Source: the human T2T-CHM13v2.0 reference genome, Homo sapiens. Taken from it: 64,000 bases of DNA. The stretch is from NCBI RefSeq assembly GCF_009914755.1, contig NC_060932.1. One strand, written 5' to 3'. Shown in pieces: positions 1 to 12,388 of this stretch. The notes beneath the pieces are model-generated. The model was given only the letters and a program-made list of their open reading frames with translations. It ran no database searches and had not been told where the DNA came from. Position 1 is the first letter of the stretch. Every line of letters starts with the position of its first letter. The position numbers and the translations under genes were made by a program.

Positions 1-837
1 AAGCTTTTCATCTTTTCTCTTTACAAATGAGGAAGCTGGTACAGAATTGAGGTGATTTGCTGAAGGGGCTAAAGCTACCCAGCTCTCATCCCCAGGTTAG
101 GCCCTTCTTGCCTATTTCAACAGTGCCCTCACTTGTAAATCACCATACTGGTTTTCAGTCCTAGTAAGGAATGGAAGCTTTGGGGAGCTTCCTTTTTAAG
201 TTTTGTTCATTTTTTTTTCTCTTATTCTTCTGCTTGAGATTTGGAGACATACATATACAGCTTTCTATTAAAGAACATTCCTAGAAATTATAGAAAGGAG
301 GGGAAAAAGGACCCATTTTCCCTGTGATGTGATGACAACTTAATAAATGGTTTTGCCTTGAAAGGAGGAAACACTGGGAGACAGGCCCTGCAAGCCTATA
401 CCTGGGGTGAAGCCCTGCAAGTGACACTTTAGCCATGTAGAATTTAAACCAATTGAAATCCTCTTTGGGGATCATCTAGTACAAGAGTTTGCAAAGTACT
501 CCTTTTAACACATAAACCAGGAAAAGGCAAGCAGCTCACATCAAAATATGTGCTCTTCCCTGGCAAAGGCAACAGCTCTGGATGAATTTGAGCCCATGAG
601 GGACATGGCTCCATCAGGCCCTCTAGGCTTGTGCGGATCCAGTTATTTCCAGGAACAGAAAATATCTCCCAAATAATCAAAAATTGGCACTTATTACCCA
701 GCAAAAAGAGGTCAAACTGAAATCAAAATAAACTAAGAAGGAAATGGATACTGAATCATCACATCTTTCTGTTTCATTTCAACCTGGGGCAGGATAAAAA
801 TAAATCGCTGCTACAGGGACACACATATCTCTCTATC

Positions 838-840
<3 letters not shown>

Positions 841-872
<32 letters not shown>
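841..872. repeat. (CA)n microsatellite
   Basis: Uninterrupted AC run of about 16 units. Confidence 0.95.
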
Positions 873-875
<3 letters not shown>

Positions 876-3022
876 TACGTATTTCTAGTATTCCACGTCA
901 AATATTTATGCAGTTCAAACTATGCACTAACAACAGTAATTTGGAATAGCTCATAAAGTACGAAGTCCTTTGAAGATGATAACTGCATAGATTAAGAATT
1001 TCAAGAAAGAAAAGTATCTAATTAATACAGTTTTAAAGGTCCTTATTTTTCTGAGTCTCATTTTTTTTTGGTAAAATGAAGCACGTGTTTTAAGATTATA
1101 TAATCCATTCCCTCTTTAAACTTATTATTCAAGGCAAAATATCTGGTTACAAACCTAGAGTAACCCTGTCTCTATTATTAAAAGTTGGCATACAAATAAA
1201 CTCTTTCTTTTACATATGTTAGCAAAGCTTATTCTACGAGGGGCATCTCCCGCAACATTGGCTTTTGCTTTATAGTTCTGCGATAGCACAGGAGAAAATA
1301 AAATAGTGTGCAAATTGCAACACTGTAAAACCTTAAATTAGAAATAAAGGTGATAGCAGGAACGTCTATTAAAAAAACTGCTCACCCATATTTTCGTCCA
1401 TTCTAACAGAAAAAAGAAAATGAATGAAATATCAAGTTCCCTTATCAAAGACCAATGACAATGAAAATATGGCAGGTACTTGTTAGGAGTATAAGCCACC
1501 TCCAGCCATTTCTATGTCAAACCTCAAAGAGGAAACACTATTCAACTAGACGTTCTCAGTTTTGTGCCAAAAAGTGTGAGAAAAAAGTAAGATTTGCTGT
1601 GTTCTAGGTGAGCTAAGGAATTATTTTCACCAGTATTGCTTGGGACACCCAGCCCCCTAAATGAACACTAATGAATGAACAGAAATTAATCTAATGGTCA
1701 AATTGTGATTCAGGTTCCTACAAACAACTTAAGACCTTCATTTTGTTTAGACATGTTGACTGGAAGGGGTCTGAGGTTCCAGTCAACTCACATGTGATCT
1801 TGGACTGGTCACTGAACCTCTCTGCATCTCAGCCGCCCCTCAGTAGGGAAAAGGCACTGGTTTTCCAGGCTGCCTTTGCCAAGTTCTGGAACGTCCCATG
1901 AAAATGACTTTTACAGATGTCCAAGCATTACATAAAATGCCCTTTCTGTGCTATACAATTTGAAAAAGAGAACTGTATGGAGATTGGATCCCTTATGAGT
2001 TTATGGTTTCTCCAGAATCAGGAGGTAAAAATCACTTCAGTTTCAGCATCTTCTATTTTGTCACTTGAGTGTGAGGAGGGACACAGCGTGGCTGTGGGGC
2101 AGCACCGTGCATGGGCCACAGGCCATTTCACTTCTGAAGTCTCTTCTTCCGTGGCTTCCTAAAGTGCTGCCAGCCTGGGAAATGCTACCACCCCAGGGTG
2201 TGGAAAACTTTTGTCCCTTAAACATCCTTTAGAGACTCCTGCGAGGAGAAGGAAGGCGCCTTTCTGACAAGCTTCAGGAAGTGACCTCCAGTCCTCTCCA
2301 CAGGACACTCAAAGGTGGGGCAGGGCAGAGAACAAAATGTGGATGGGAGGTGCCAAAGGCATCTGAGGACTCAGCTTCACTGACCTCAGCCTTCAATGAG
2401 CTTTTGATTTTTCCCCGACGGGGGAAGGGGTAGACACCAAAAGGCACCAAGTAGAGAAATGTATAAAATGAAAATAAGCACACTTTTCACGAGGAAAGTA
2501 AGTCTAGTAGAACAAAAAAAAAAACCCCAAAAAAACAACAACCAAAAAACCCCAAGGCTGATGAATGATTAAGAGAAACTGATTTCCACTGTGTCTTGGC
2601 TTCACTTTAGAAGGATGTAATAGTTCACTTTTTGGTGCTCAAAACTTTATTTCCTTATAGGCAGGCATTCACATATTTTCAGTCACATTTGGGAGAAAAG
2701 TTTCCTTTAGAAATAATATTTGAAAGTACTTTCACTGAAGAAAACATTATTTCGTACAGTCAACGCGGGCCAGAGTTTTAGAAAATGGTATCCCAGAACA
2801 CTCCCCCAAATGTTAAAGACAGAGCCCCAAGTCTCCTCTCACTAGACTCCCCCCATGGAGGGGACTCACAAAAAATTTGTCATTCCTGCACTCTAACATT
2901 ACAGCTGCCTACCTACGCACACAAGCCTCCCAGGAAATTACAAAGTAACTATAAGGCTCCGTAAGGGCCACAATAGAGAAGTCTCGTTGCTGCCTGGGAG
3001 ACACTAAGAAAACATATGGGCT

Positions 3023-3443
<421 letters not shown>

Positions 3444-6144
3444 AAAACGTTAAGACAGAGTAGACCTAATTAGAGGATCCCCAGGAGGACTCCGCAGTTC
3501 TTATCACTGATCATGGTAATCCCTAATAACACAAGGTCCCACAGAAGGAAAAGGGCCAGAGGACAGAAGGAGTCCTTCTCAGCTGGGAATCTAAACCCTT
3601 TTACATTAACTGGATCTCTAACTAATTTGAAGCTGAAAGAAAACACCGCTGATGGCGCTCATTCAACGCAGTAACTCATTCCTATAAAACATACTTCAAC
3701 CCTACAGCACTGTCTTCCTTCAAAGAGGAACAGCCTTCACCTCCCTCTGCATTCATCCATATGCAAAGGCCACAGAGTCAGAAATAGAGACAGCTGTGAA
3801 AGTGCTCCAGAAAAGCATGTTCCTTCTAATTTCATAGCCATGGAAAAGAGGATCTTGGAATTGTGCTTTCTAGGACACACTGGATATTTACACTCTATGG
3901 TTGGGCATTAGTTCACCCAGACTGCAACATGAAGGAACGTATTTTTTAGTGTCTTGAATGACGTACAGATTACTCCTTTGCATTAGAGCCCCACAGCTCC
4001 AAACTAAGAATTTCAGGAGCAGATCCTGATAAAATGAGCATTCTGAGAAAAGTCAGAGATACAACTGTCTAGACACTAAAGAAATTAGTTCTCTCCCACT
4101 AGATCCCAACTCATGTAATTCAAATCATTGGACTGTGCACACATTACAAATGAAAATCACCTTTCTCCCCAGGTCTGCTTTATAATCTCAAGAACAGGCT
4201 TGGCATGATGTGGGTCTGGATGCGAGTCACACCATGGGGCCAGGTTTTGCTATGATGTTGTAAAGCACTGAGAATTCGGTCTTTAATGATTTGGCAATAG
4301 CCAGGGAGGAAGGGGAAACATCTGAAGTTATTTTTACTTTTGTAAAAGTCTTCTGGCTATACAGGGTGAATGGTAGGGTGGATCAGGTATTGTCTGGAGT
4401 CTTTCAGGGTCTTTTATTTTTGCATGGCCTCATTTCCGTCTTCCTGTTGCTAGGAAGGAGAGTGAAGCATGAGAAACTTGTGTTGACAATACTGGACCAT
4501 CCTGTCCAGCACAAGGCTCTCTTCCAAAAAGTCCGATCCATTTCACCCACTGTACTCTGGATGCCCCCACTCTTCTGGACCAAATCACCCTTCCCTGAAT
4601 ATTTTCCAATTGCATATTTACCCGCTTAAGTCATAAAAATACCACTCTGATTTAAACATTGCGTCATGGCTTAAAATCTCCATGGGGACACCAAGGGAAA
4701 CCCAAGTACTTATTGCTGTATTTGAAACCACCTCTTGGAATCTCACCAAGCCTCTGATTGGAAGGCATCTCAACTGTGGCCTCCCATATCCCCTTTAAGT
4801 CCCATAATAGTTCTACAAATAAGAGTTTAAGTACTATATACATTTTTAAACTCACTTCACAGTAATAGCTTGTTGAATCACAACATGTCTTTCTACTGGT
4901 CTGGTATATTTTCCAGAAGCACCCAAACACCTCTTTTAATGTAGAAATGCTCTAAACTTTGCTTAGTCTTTGCTCTCTCAACTACAGTACAGAACAACAA
5001 AAAAACATGCAAACAAGGGCTTTAGGTTGAAGGGTAACCTGCCTTTCACCTTTACTCCAGAGCCCTAAGAAAATCCTTCAATCTTTCCAGTGCATTAAAA
5101 TTTGAAACACTGCCTTCATAGTTAGCAATAGTTAATTGCTCATCTATTCACTGTTTAAGGAATGAGTGGTGTTTCTCATGAAATCTGCAATTGGGAAGTT
5201 ATGACATAAGTCACCAAAACCACTTTTCTCACCCACTCCAGGGAAAGATTTAAGTTGGAAACTATTTATCCCCAGTCCCCTTTTTGAACTTCCAGGCTGT
5301 TTGGTGTCTGGTGCTACTCTGTGTAAATTAAAATAAAATAAGTATTTGTCAAAAGCAAACTTTTCAAAACAGCCAGGAGAGAAACTCAGTCTGCTGTGCT
5401 TCATTTTAAACTCTGAACAGTAGTACTAATGCAAAAAGTATGCATCTGCGCTCAGGCCACGCTGTAAATCTGGCATGCCACAAGAAATGTGAATACATGC
5501 AATCGCCAACATTTTCTCAGAAAATGTCTCAAAATAACTTTTCTGCACACATCTGCTAACCATTTGACACTGGTTCCCCAGGACTTTAGTTCTTCGATTA
5601 GAGGGGCTGCTGCCTTACAGGGCACCCCTCTGACCATCTGCTGCCGTCTGCAAGCCAAGATGGCAACTCCATTAATTCCACACTTACAGTCTGCAAATTA
5701 TTTCCACCGAGGACCAGTCTGTAGTCCAGATGGATGGCGAATTAGTCAACCTCTTGGAGCTGCTGATAGATTTACATTCAGAGGGCTGCAGTCTGCTGGA
5801 CTATTATTTTCCCTCATCCCTTCAGCAAACAGAATTTTGGAGGAAAAAAAAAATGTAATCTGAGACTCAGTATTCTGCCTTCTCCCGAGCTGCAATGTTT
5901 TTTCCAAATACATCATCAATGCCACCAGCCTAGGCTGCATTCCTCTATGTCACCAGTAATCGCCGAAACAACCTCTGAATCCTGAGAATGAATCCATTTG
6001 CTCATCCATATTGGGTGTAAAAAGACTCACTCAAAACAAGACTGGGGATGGGAAAAGGTGGGGAGTGGGACGAAGCTTTCTTTAAGTGCAGATTAATGAC
6101 TGCAAGCAGGGGTTTCCTTCTGCGGTGATTAGCACACACTGGGT

Positions 6145-6350
6145 ATTTATTGAACATCGGGAACAGGCAACCTGCTAATCACTTTACTTGCATGAGCTCA
6201 TTTGATCCTCACAACCTCCCCGCGCGGAGGTAATACAGTTATCACCCCTTTGGTGCAGATGAAGGAGGCACAGCGAGGTCCTGTCACTGCCCAAGTTCGC
6301 CCAGCTAGCAGGCTGCTGACCAGGATGAGACCCCACCAGCCTGACCCCGT
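6145..6350 (-). mobile_element. MIR
   Basis: ctcatttgatcctcacaac...cagatgaaggaggcacag MIR core in reverse orientation. Confidence 0.7.
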
Positions 6351-6697
6351 GTCCCCTCTCACTTTCCTCGCCCCAGGGGCTGTGCGCTGAAGGACGCTCG
6401 CGGACGCAGCAAACTACACGCAGCAGGGTGCTGCAGAGAGGAGGGGTGCACCTCCTTCGGAGGGATCAAAGGCTCGCCCCAGGACTCTGGAGGTGGGGAC
6501 AGCGACATGGAGTGGGGGCAGGCTTCCAAGAAGCTGTCGCCTTGTTACGAAAATAGTCGGGTCGGGAGGCGAGCTTCCTTCCTCTCTCCGGCCCAGGAAC
6601 TCGCTCCTCGGCCTCCTTGTCCGGGTCAAGGGGGTGGGCATCCCCAAGGGGGCATTTCAGGGACACGATTCAGCGACCCATCTCCGGGAAAAAAACC

Positions 6698-6702
<5 letters not shown>

Positions 6703-6730
<28 letters not shown>
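6703..6730. repeat. (TG)n microsatellite ~700 bp into intron 1
   Basis: About 14 TG units. Confidence 0.95.
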
Positions 6731-6733
<3 letters not shown>

Positions 6734-7432
6734 CCTAGCAAGAAGCACGTTTGCAAGCCACGGGGCTTGCTAAACTACCCCAACACTCTCCAGGTACCTG
6801 CGGCCACCAAACCGAGACTTCCCTGGCCAGGTCTGAGTTAATTCCCAGCGCTTAAAGTATCTTACCCAAAAATGGTTGAAAAGGAAAACAAGTTTTTGGT
6901 GAACTTTCAGGCAGTGATGAAAAAAAAAAATTTCCAAGCGCCACTAGGGTCTAAAATGTTCCCAAACAGTAAACTCTCCCGGAGTTCACTTTGATTTTGG
7001 ACTAAGCTGGTGAATGACAGGAGATCAGTACGAGCGCAGAGCAGTCCCCAGAGGAAAGGAAGGTAGAAGGCGGTGTCGCCGCGCCCCTCGAGCCAGAGCC
7101 GCGAGCCCCCGCCCGGCTCAAGGAGGAAAGTGAACCAGGGCTTCCCTTCACGGGTTGCGACCGATCCGGAGCCCGCCTGGTGCGCTGGCCCGCGGTCCCC
7201 AGGCAAAAGGTAATCAAGAGTCACTCCTCCAAAATTCAAACTCCCTCCCGAAACTGCGAGTCCTGCTATCCCCACACCACCTCCAAGAAAATCCGGAGAC
7301 TCTGCAGAAAGCGTTTAAAGAGCACAGAACAGGCACCGACTTGACAAGGCGGGGTGACACTTTCTCGCGGCGGGTCCCCTCCGCAGCCCGCTCCCGCGGC
7401 CAGCCCGACGGCAAGACGCAAGTCTAGCTTAC

Positions 7433-7469
7433 GTGTTAGGATCATGGTGTCCGGCTTCTTTCTGCACAT
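7433..7469 (-). CDS. DLC1: DLC1 Rho-GAP, first coding exon of the short main (~1091-aa) isoform: MCRKKPDTMILT + 1 nt
   Basis: Minus strand reads ATG TGC AGA AAG AAG CCG GAC ACC ATG ATC CTA ACA C|GTAAG. This matches the recalled DLC1 N-terminus MCRKKPDTMILTQIEAKEAC. Canonical phase-1 GT donor at 7432-7431; inside a CpG island. Confidence 0.95.
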
Positions 7470-7582
7470 CAAGCACGGCAGGCGGCGGCGGAAGCGCTGT
7501 GGGGAAGTCGAGGCAGGCGGAGGCGGCTCGGCTTCCGCGTCGGGACCCACGGCGGCACCCGAGACGCGCGCCCTCGCGGTCC

Positions 7583-7591
7583 TCAACGCAT
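7583..7591 (-). other. Minimal uORF ATG-CGT-TGA (M-R-stop)
   Basis: AGGATGCGTTGA on the minus strand; A at -3. Confidence 0.5.
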
Positions 7592-7670
7592 CCTTGCTCG
7601 CCGCTCCCTGCCCCTCGTCACGGCCCCAGAAAGAAAGCGGGGTTTTCTAAAGATCGAAACGAGGGAGCGC

Positions 7671-7730
7671 TCAGGGAGTTGGGCGAGAAGTCCGTGAGCC
7701 GGCGCTCCTGATGAGGAGAGGTGCGGCCAT
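7671..7730 (-). other. uORF in the DLC1 leader, 19 aa (MAAPLLIRSAGSRTSRPTP*)
   Basis: GACATGG context (-3G, +4G); stop TGA at 7673-7671. Confidence 0.55.
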
Positions 7731-8474
7731 GTCCTGGCTGGGAGCGAAGCGCCCTCGCTCGGGCAGTCGGAGCGAACTGTCTCCCGCGCGCTCCGCCAGC
7801 CGGGCCCTCCCGCTGGGCCCACCCCCCGAGGGGCGGGGCCAGAGCGGGCGGCACCGCCTCCTCCCCGCTGTCTGGGTCGCAGGCCTTAGCGACGGGCTGT
7901 TCTCCGGCCCCGCCCCATTCCCAGGCTCCGCCCCCCGCCCCTCTTCCTCGTGGCCGCAGCCTCAGGCCGCCCTCTAGCCCCGCCCCGCCCAGGCCCCGCC
8001 TCTCCTCTGTCCTGCCCCCTCGGTTCCCTCCTCCCCCCCGCCCCGCCCCGCGCCTCCTCCGCCGAAGGCTGGAATGTTTCCCCCACGGGCCTCCACGTTC
8101 CCAGCGGGAAGCGCCGAAAAGTCGCCAACTATTGGCCCCGGGTGCAAAGGCAAAGGTCACAAGGCATTTACTTGGCGGAGGTGTCCGGCCTGGACCCTAG
8201 TGTGCCTTGAGCGTCCCTTCTTTTTCTTGGTAGCTCTGCGTACTTTTTACCTGTCTTTTATCCTGGCGGGAACCACGTAAATTTGCGGGAACGGAGGGGA
8301 AGCGGAGAGGAAGGGATGGTCAGTGTTTCCAGATCTGTAAAAACGCGCGAAGGGTACCTGTCCCTTGGACATTGGTTATTTATTGCTAAAACCCGCATGG
8401 GTACGGAGCCAATGTAGGTGATAAATACTGCCTTAGAGGAATTGAGCTTTCACTCGGCACGTGCTGGGGGTCAC

Positions 8475-8640
8475 AGCCCGTGTTTCTCAAACTGGCCCTT
8501 GGGCCACAGTCCGAATGCAGCTCCTGGAACTGCCCTTAGCTGGGGTCTGACTGCATAATTCCAATCTTTGATGATGAGAATCTGCAACTTTTACAAGCTC
8601 TCAGATGATTCTGATGGCCTGTAGTTTGAGGACCCCTGAT
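8475..8640. mobile_element. MER5-type hAT-Charlie DNA transposon remnant
   Basis: Ends gtgtttctcaaact ... agtttgaggacccctg; internal gaatctgca...tgattctgatg. Confidence 0.6.
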
Positions 8641-8794
8641 GTATTAGGAAGCCTAATGTGAAGGGATCACAGCTAAATATAGTTGCATTAAGAGCCTTTA
8701 AAAAATCCAGAACTGGATTCCATGAAAATTTACTTCGGGGTTAATTGATGTTTTTGCCTGCTATCTCTGGGCAAGGAAGACTACTGAACTAAAC

Positions 8795-9030
8795 TCATTC
8801 ATTCAACAAATACAGAAAGAGCATTTACTATGTGCCAAACACAGCTGTAGACTGGGAGATACAGAAGTGAGCAAAAGAGACAAATATCCCTTCCCTCCTG
8901 GAGGTTACTTTCTCGTGGGAAAAATGCATAACAAACAAAATAAATGAGATATATAGAGTATGTCTGATGGAGATACATAAAGCAGGGAGGTAATATTGGA
9001 GCTGGGGAAGGGCACAATTTGTTTTTAAAT
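8795..9030 (-). mobile_element. L2 3' end
   Basis: cattcattcaacaaata...tactatgtgcca terminal motif. Confidence 0.75.
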
Positions 9031-9162
9031 GGGGCAAATACAAATAGGAGAATTTAGTCTCTTAATTATAGTTTAAAACTTATTGGTTTCATAGCGATAT
9101 CTTAGTTTACATACAGAAGACTCTTCTCCCATTTCCCTCATAAATTTTGATAAAACAAAAAT

Positions 9163-9303
9163 GCTGGGTGAATGCAGTGGCTCACACCTGTAATCCTAGC
9201 GCTTTTGGGAACCGAGGTGGGAGGATTGCTTGATCCCAGGAGCTTGAGACCAGGGTTGGCAATATAGCAAGACTCCATCTGTACAAAAATAAATAAATAA
9301 ATA
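9163..9303 (+). mobile_element. Alu left monomer (FLAM/AluJ)
   Basis: Single monomer with (AAAT)n tail. Confidence 0.8.
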
Positions 9304-9693
9304 AGCTAACTTCCACTACTGGCTCCCTAATTTACCCAAAGCAGAATTCAGCTCTAAAGGGTATGGGACTCCTCCGTTCAACAGATGTTTCCAGGCTTTT
9401 TACCTACTGGTAACTGCTGAGGGTGCAAAGGCTACAGCCTGGTGGGAGGAAGCAACAGGGTTGTATGAAAAAGCGGTGCTGTGAGGGCCCAGGAAATGGA
9501 GATCTGATCTGGCCCAAGATGATGCAGTTGCCCTCATGAGTGTGGGAGCCGGAGGAGCTGCCCAAGAGCCCACCGTCACCAGCAAGGGGGAGTGTGATTC
9601 AACGGGAGGCCAGGAAAGTAAAAGCAAGAAGTTTCAGTCCCCTGCGTGACTATGTTAAGGAAAGTCCTTAGGAGTGATAAACAGTGAGAAGCC

Positions 9694-9968
<275 letters not shown>

Positions 9969-10673
9969 CGAGAAGCCATTTTAATGGAAGAACGCATCCC
10001 GTGATTGGATTTGCATTTTGAAAAGATCGCTCAGGCTGCAGTGTAATATTCAAACTTAAAAAATAATAAGAGTGCACCTTCGAAACATACTAATTTATCT
10101 TATTTATTAAAAATTCAGACTTTAAAAATATATTCTAAATATCTCCCCTCCAAATACACCAATTCTCAGAATAAGTTCTTAATATTTTTTGTTTGCTGGT
10201 TAAAGTTGTATTCTAATTTAATTAGGTTCCCAGGAGTCTTTTTATTCCACTTAGCATTCATCTTTCCAGAGTAAAACAGGCAAAACTTCTCTTCTTATTG
10301 AAGCCCCATTCCTCTCTCCTTGATTATGGATGCCACTGTCCCTGGATCTTTTCTAATTTCATTACATGTCTCTGGAGATTATGTTATGTAGTTTGCTCAT
10401 TGTATAATAATACTAATAATAACTCCAAAATCCTTTCTTTTGGTGATGCATTGGTTTGCGTTTGACCTTCCCTGAATCTCATCTTCTTTCAGTCTTTGGT
10501 CTATTGACACAGCCTGTGACAAGGGCCAAGCCCCAATTTGTATAGCTTTAATTCCACTCTTCTTAGAAATGGACATGCTACATTTTGAAAGCTGCTACGC
10601 TTAAGAGAATAGTGGTTGAAAGCAGGACTTTTAGAGCAGGCCACTTACTAGGTTTATGATTAATATGTTATTT

Positions 10674-11360
10674 GTTTATGTTATAATTTAAACTTTTATT
10701 TTAGATTCAGGGGGTACATGTGCAGATACATTGCATGATGCTGAGGTTTGGGGTACGATTGGTTCAGTCACCCAGGTACTAATCATAGTACCTAACAGTT
10801 TTTCAACTCCTTCTCCCCTTCCTCCCTCTCTCCCCACTCTAGTAGTTCCCAGTGTGTCTTGTTGCCATCTTTATGTCCATGAGTACTCAGTGTTTAGCTC
10901 CCACTTATAAGTGAGAACATGGAGTATTTGGTTTCCGGTTCCTGTGTTAATATGGTTAACATAATGGCCTCCAGCTGCATTCATGTTGCTGCAAAGGACA
11001 TCATTTCATTCTTGTTTTTGAGATCATCTCGCCCTGTTGCCGAGGCTGCAGCACAGTGGTGAAATCTCAGATCACTGCAGCCGAATGTCTGTGCATCCCA
11101 CTGAGGACAAGAGGATCCCAGGCTCAAGCGATCCTTTCACCTTAGCCTCCCAAGTAGCTGGCACTACAGGTGCGTGCCACCACATCTGGCTAATTTTTGT
11201 ATTTTTTGTAGAGACAGGGTTTTGCCATGTTGCTCAGGCTGCTCTTGAACTCCTGGGCTCAAGTAGTCCGCCAGTCTTGGCCTCCCAAAGTGTTGGGATT
11301 ACAGGTGTGAGCCACCACACCTGGTCTATTTCATTCTCTTTTTTCATGGCTGTGTAGTTG
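10674..11360 (-). mobile_element. L1PA15/16-like 3' fragment, interrupted by an AluJ (~11012-11325) and inserted in a MIR
   Basis: ttttagattcagggggtacatgtgcag 3' end; TSD aatatgttattt at 10662-10673 and 11361-11372; MIR sequence on both sides. Confidence 0.8.
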
Positions 11361-12084
11361 AATATGTTATTTAGCTTCTCAAAACTTCAGTTTCATCTTT
11401 AAAAAAGAAGGTTGTTATCGTGCATACCTCATGAGGGTTTTACGAGGCTTGAATAAAATAATGTACATAAGTGCTTAACACATAATAACCATTTATTAAT
11501 GTTAGCCACCATTATTAGAACTAAAACATGAAATCCTATTTAAATCATCATCCAAGAGATGATTAAAACAAAATAAGACCTTGGCATTACCCTTTGTGAA
11601 TCTGAGGAACCTTTACAAGCGGGGGAAGGAAAGTGAAAAAATCATGAAGAGTGTCAACAAACAGTGGCGCTTTACCTCTTAGGGTCCCCAGGCCCCTCAG
11701 TGTCCTTCCTCTTCATTTAACCTTCAACTCATCACTCAAGGTTTCATCTGTCTCTGTCATACGTTAGAAGTTAATGTTAGATAACGTTAGATAATGTTAG
11801 AAGGGATTTTTTAGCTGAGCTGCATTCAGTGAGATTTTGGTTTGAGATGCTAAACTAAGAGGCAGGAATTACCTGTTCAATGTAGCCTGTTTCAGTGCCA
11901 ACAGCTTAGGGTCCTCTGAAAATGTTTCAATACATCAAAATGAAAACCTATCATTTTGTTATATGGGGTGTTGTTACTTATTTGTTCTCCATGGCAGATT
12001 TTTAAAACATGATTTGGCAACAAGACCTGTGCTGTTCACTGCCTGTCATGCTCTTTTGCTCTTTCTTCAGCTTGGACATCAGTT

Positions 12085-12388
12085 TTTGGTTTTGTTTTTT
12101 TTTTTTTTTGAGATGGAGTTTCACTCTTGTCACCCAGACTGGAGTGCAGTGGTGGGTTCTCAGCTCCCTACAACCTCCGCCTCTGGTTTAAAGCAATTCT
12201 GCCTCAGCCTCCCACATAGCTGGGACTACAGGCACCTGCCACCACGCCTGGCTACCTTTTATATTTTTAGAAGCAATGGGGTTTCACCACATTGGCCAGA
12301 CTGGTCTCGAACTCCTGATCTCAGCTGATCTGCCCGCCTCAGCCTCCCAAAGTGCTGGGATTACAGGTGTGAGCCACCGCACCTGGCC
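12085..12388 (-). mobile_element. AluS
   Basis: Full reverse Alu. Confidence 0.9.

Larger units (their letters stand above)
7470..7790 (-). other. DLC1: DLC1 exon 1 5' UTR (TSS approximate)
   Basis: GC-rich sequence contiguous with the ATG and downstream of the GC-box cluster; the exact TSS cannot be read from sequence. Confidence 0.7.
6990..8480. promoter_or_regulatory. DLC1: CpG-island promoter of the DLC1 short isoform
   Basis: Very high GC and CpG density; many CCCCGCCCC GC boxes at 7900-8050; TGGAATG (TEAD) 8070-8076; ATTGG (CCAAT, minus) 8131-8135; AAGGCAaAGGTCA (DR1) 8147-8159; no evident TATA box. Confidence 0.9.

Noticed and set aside
4291-4629. 112-aa plus-strand ORF
   Set aside because: TTG start, no recognisable domain, antisense intronic; length within chance.
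5489-5863. 124-aa plus-strand ORF
   Set aside because: GTG start, no recognisable homology or splice support.
7155-8280. Many overlapping 70-180 aa ORFs on both strands
   Set aside because: Expected in stop-poor CpG-island DNA; low-complexity G/R/P/A content. Only the MCRKKPDTMILT segment is a recognisable protein.
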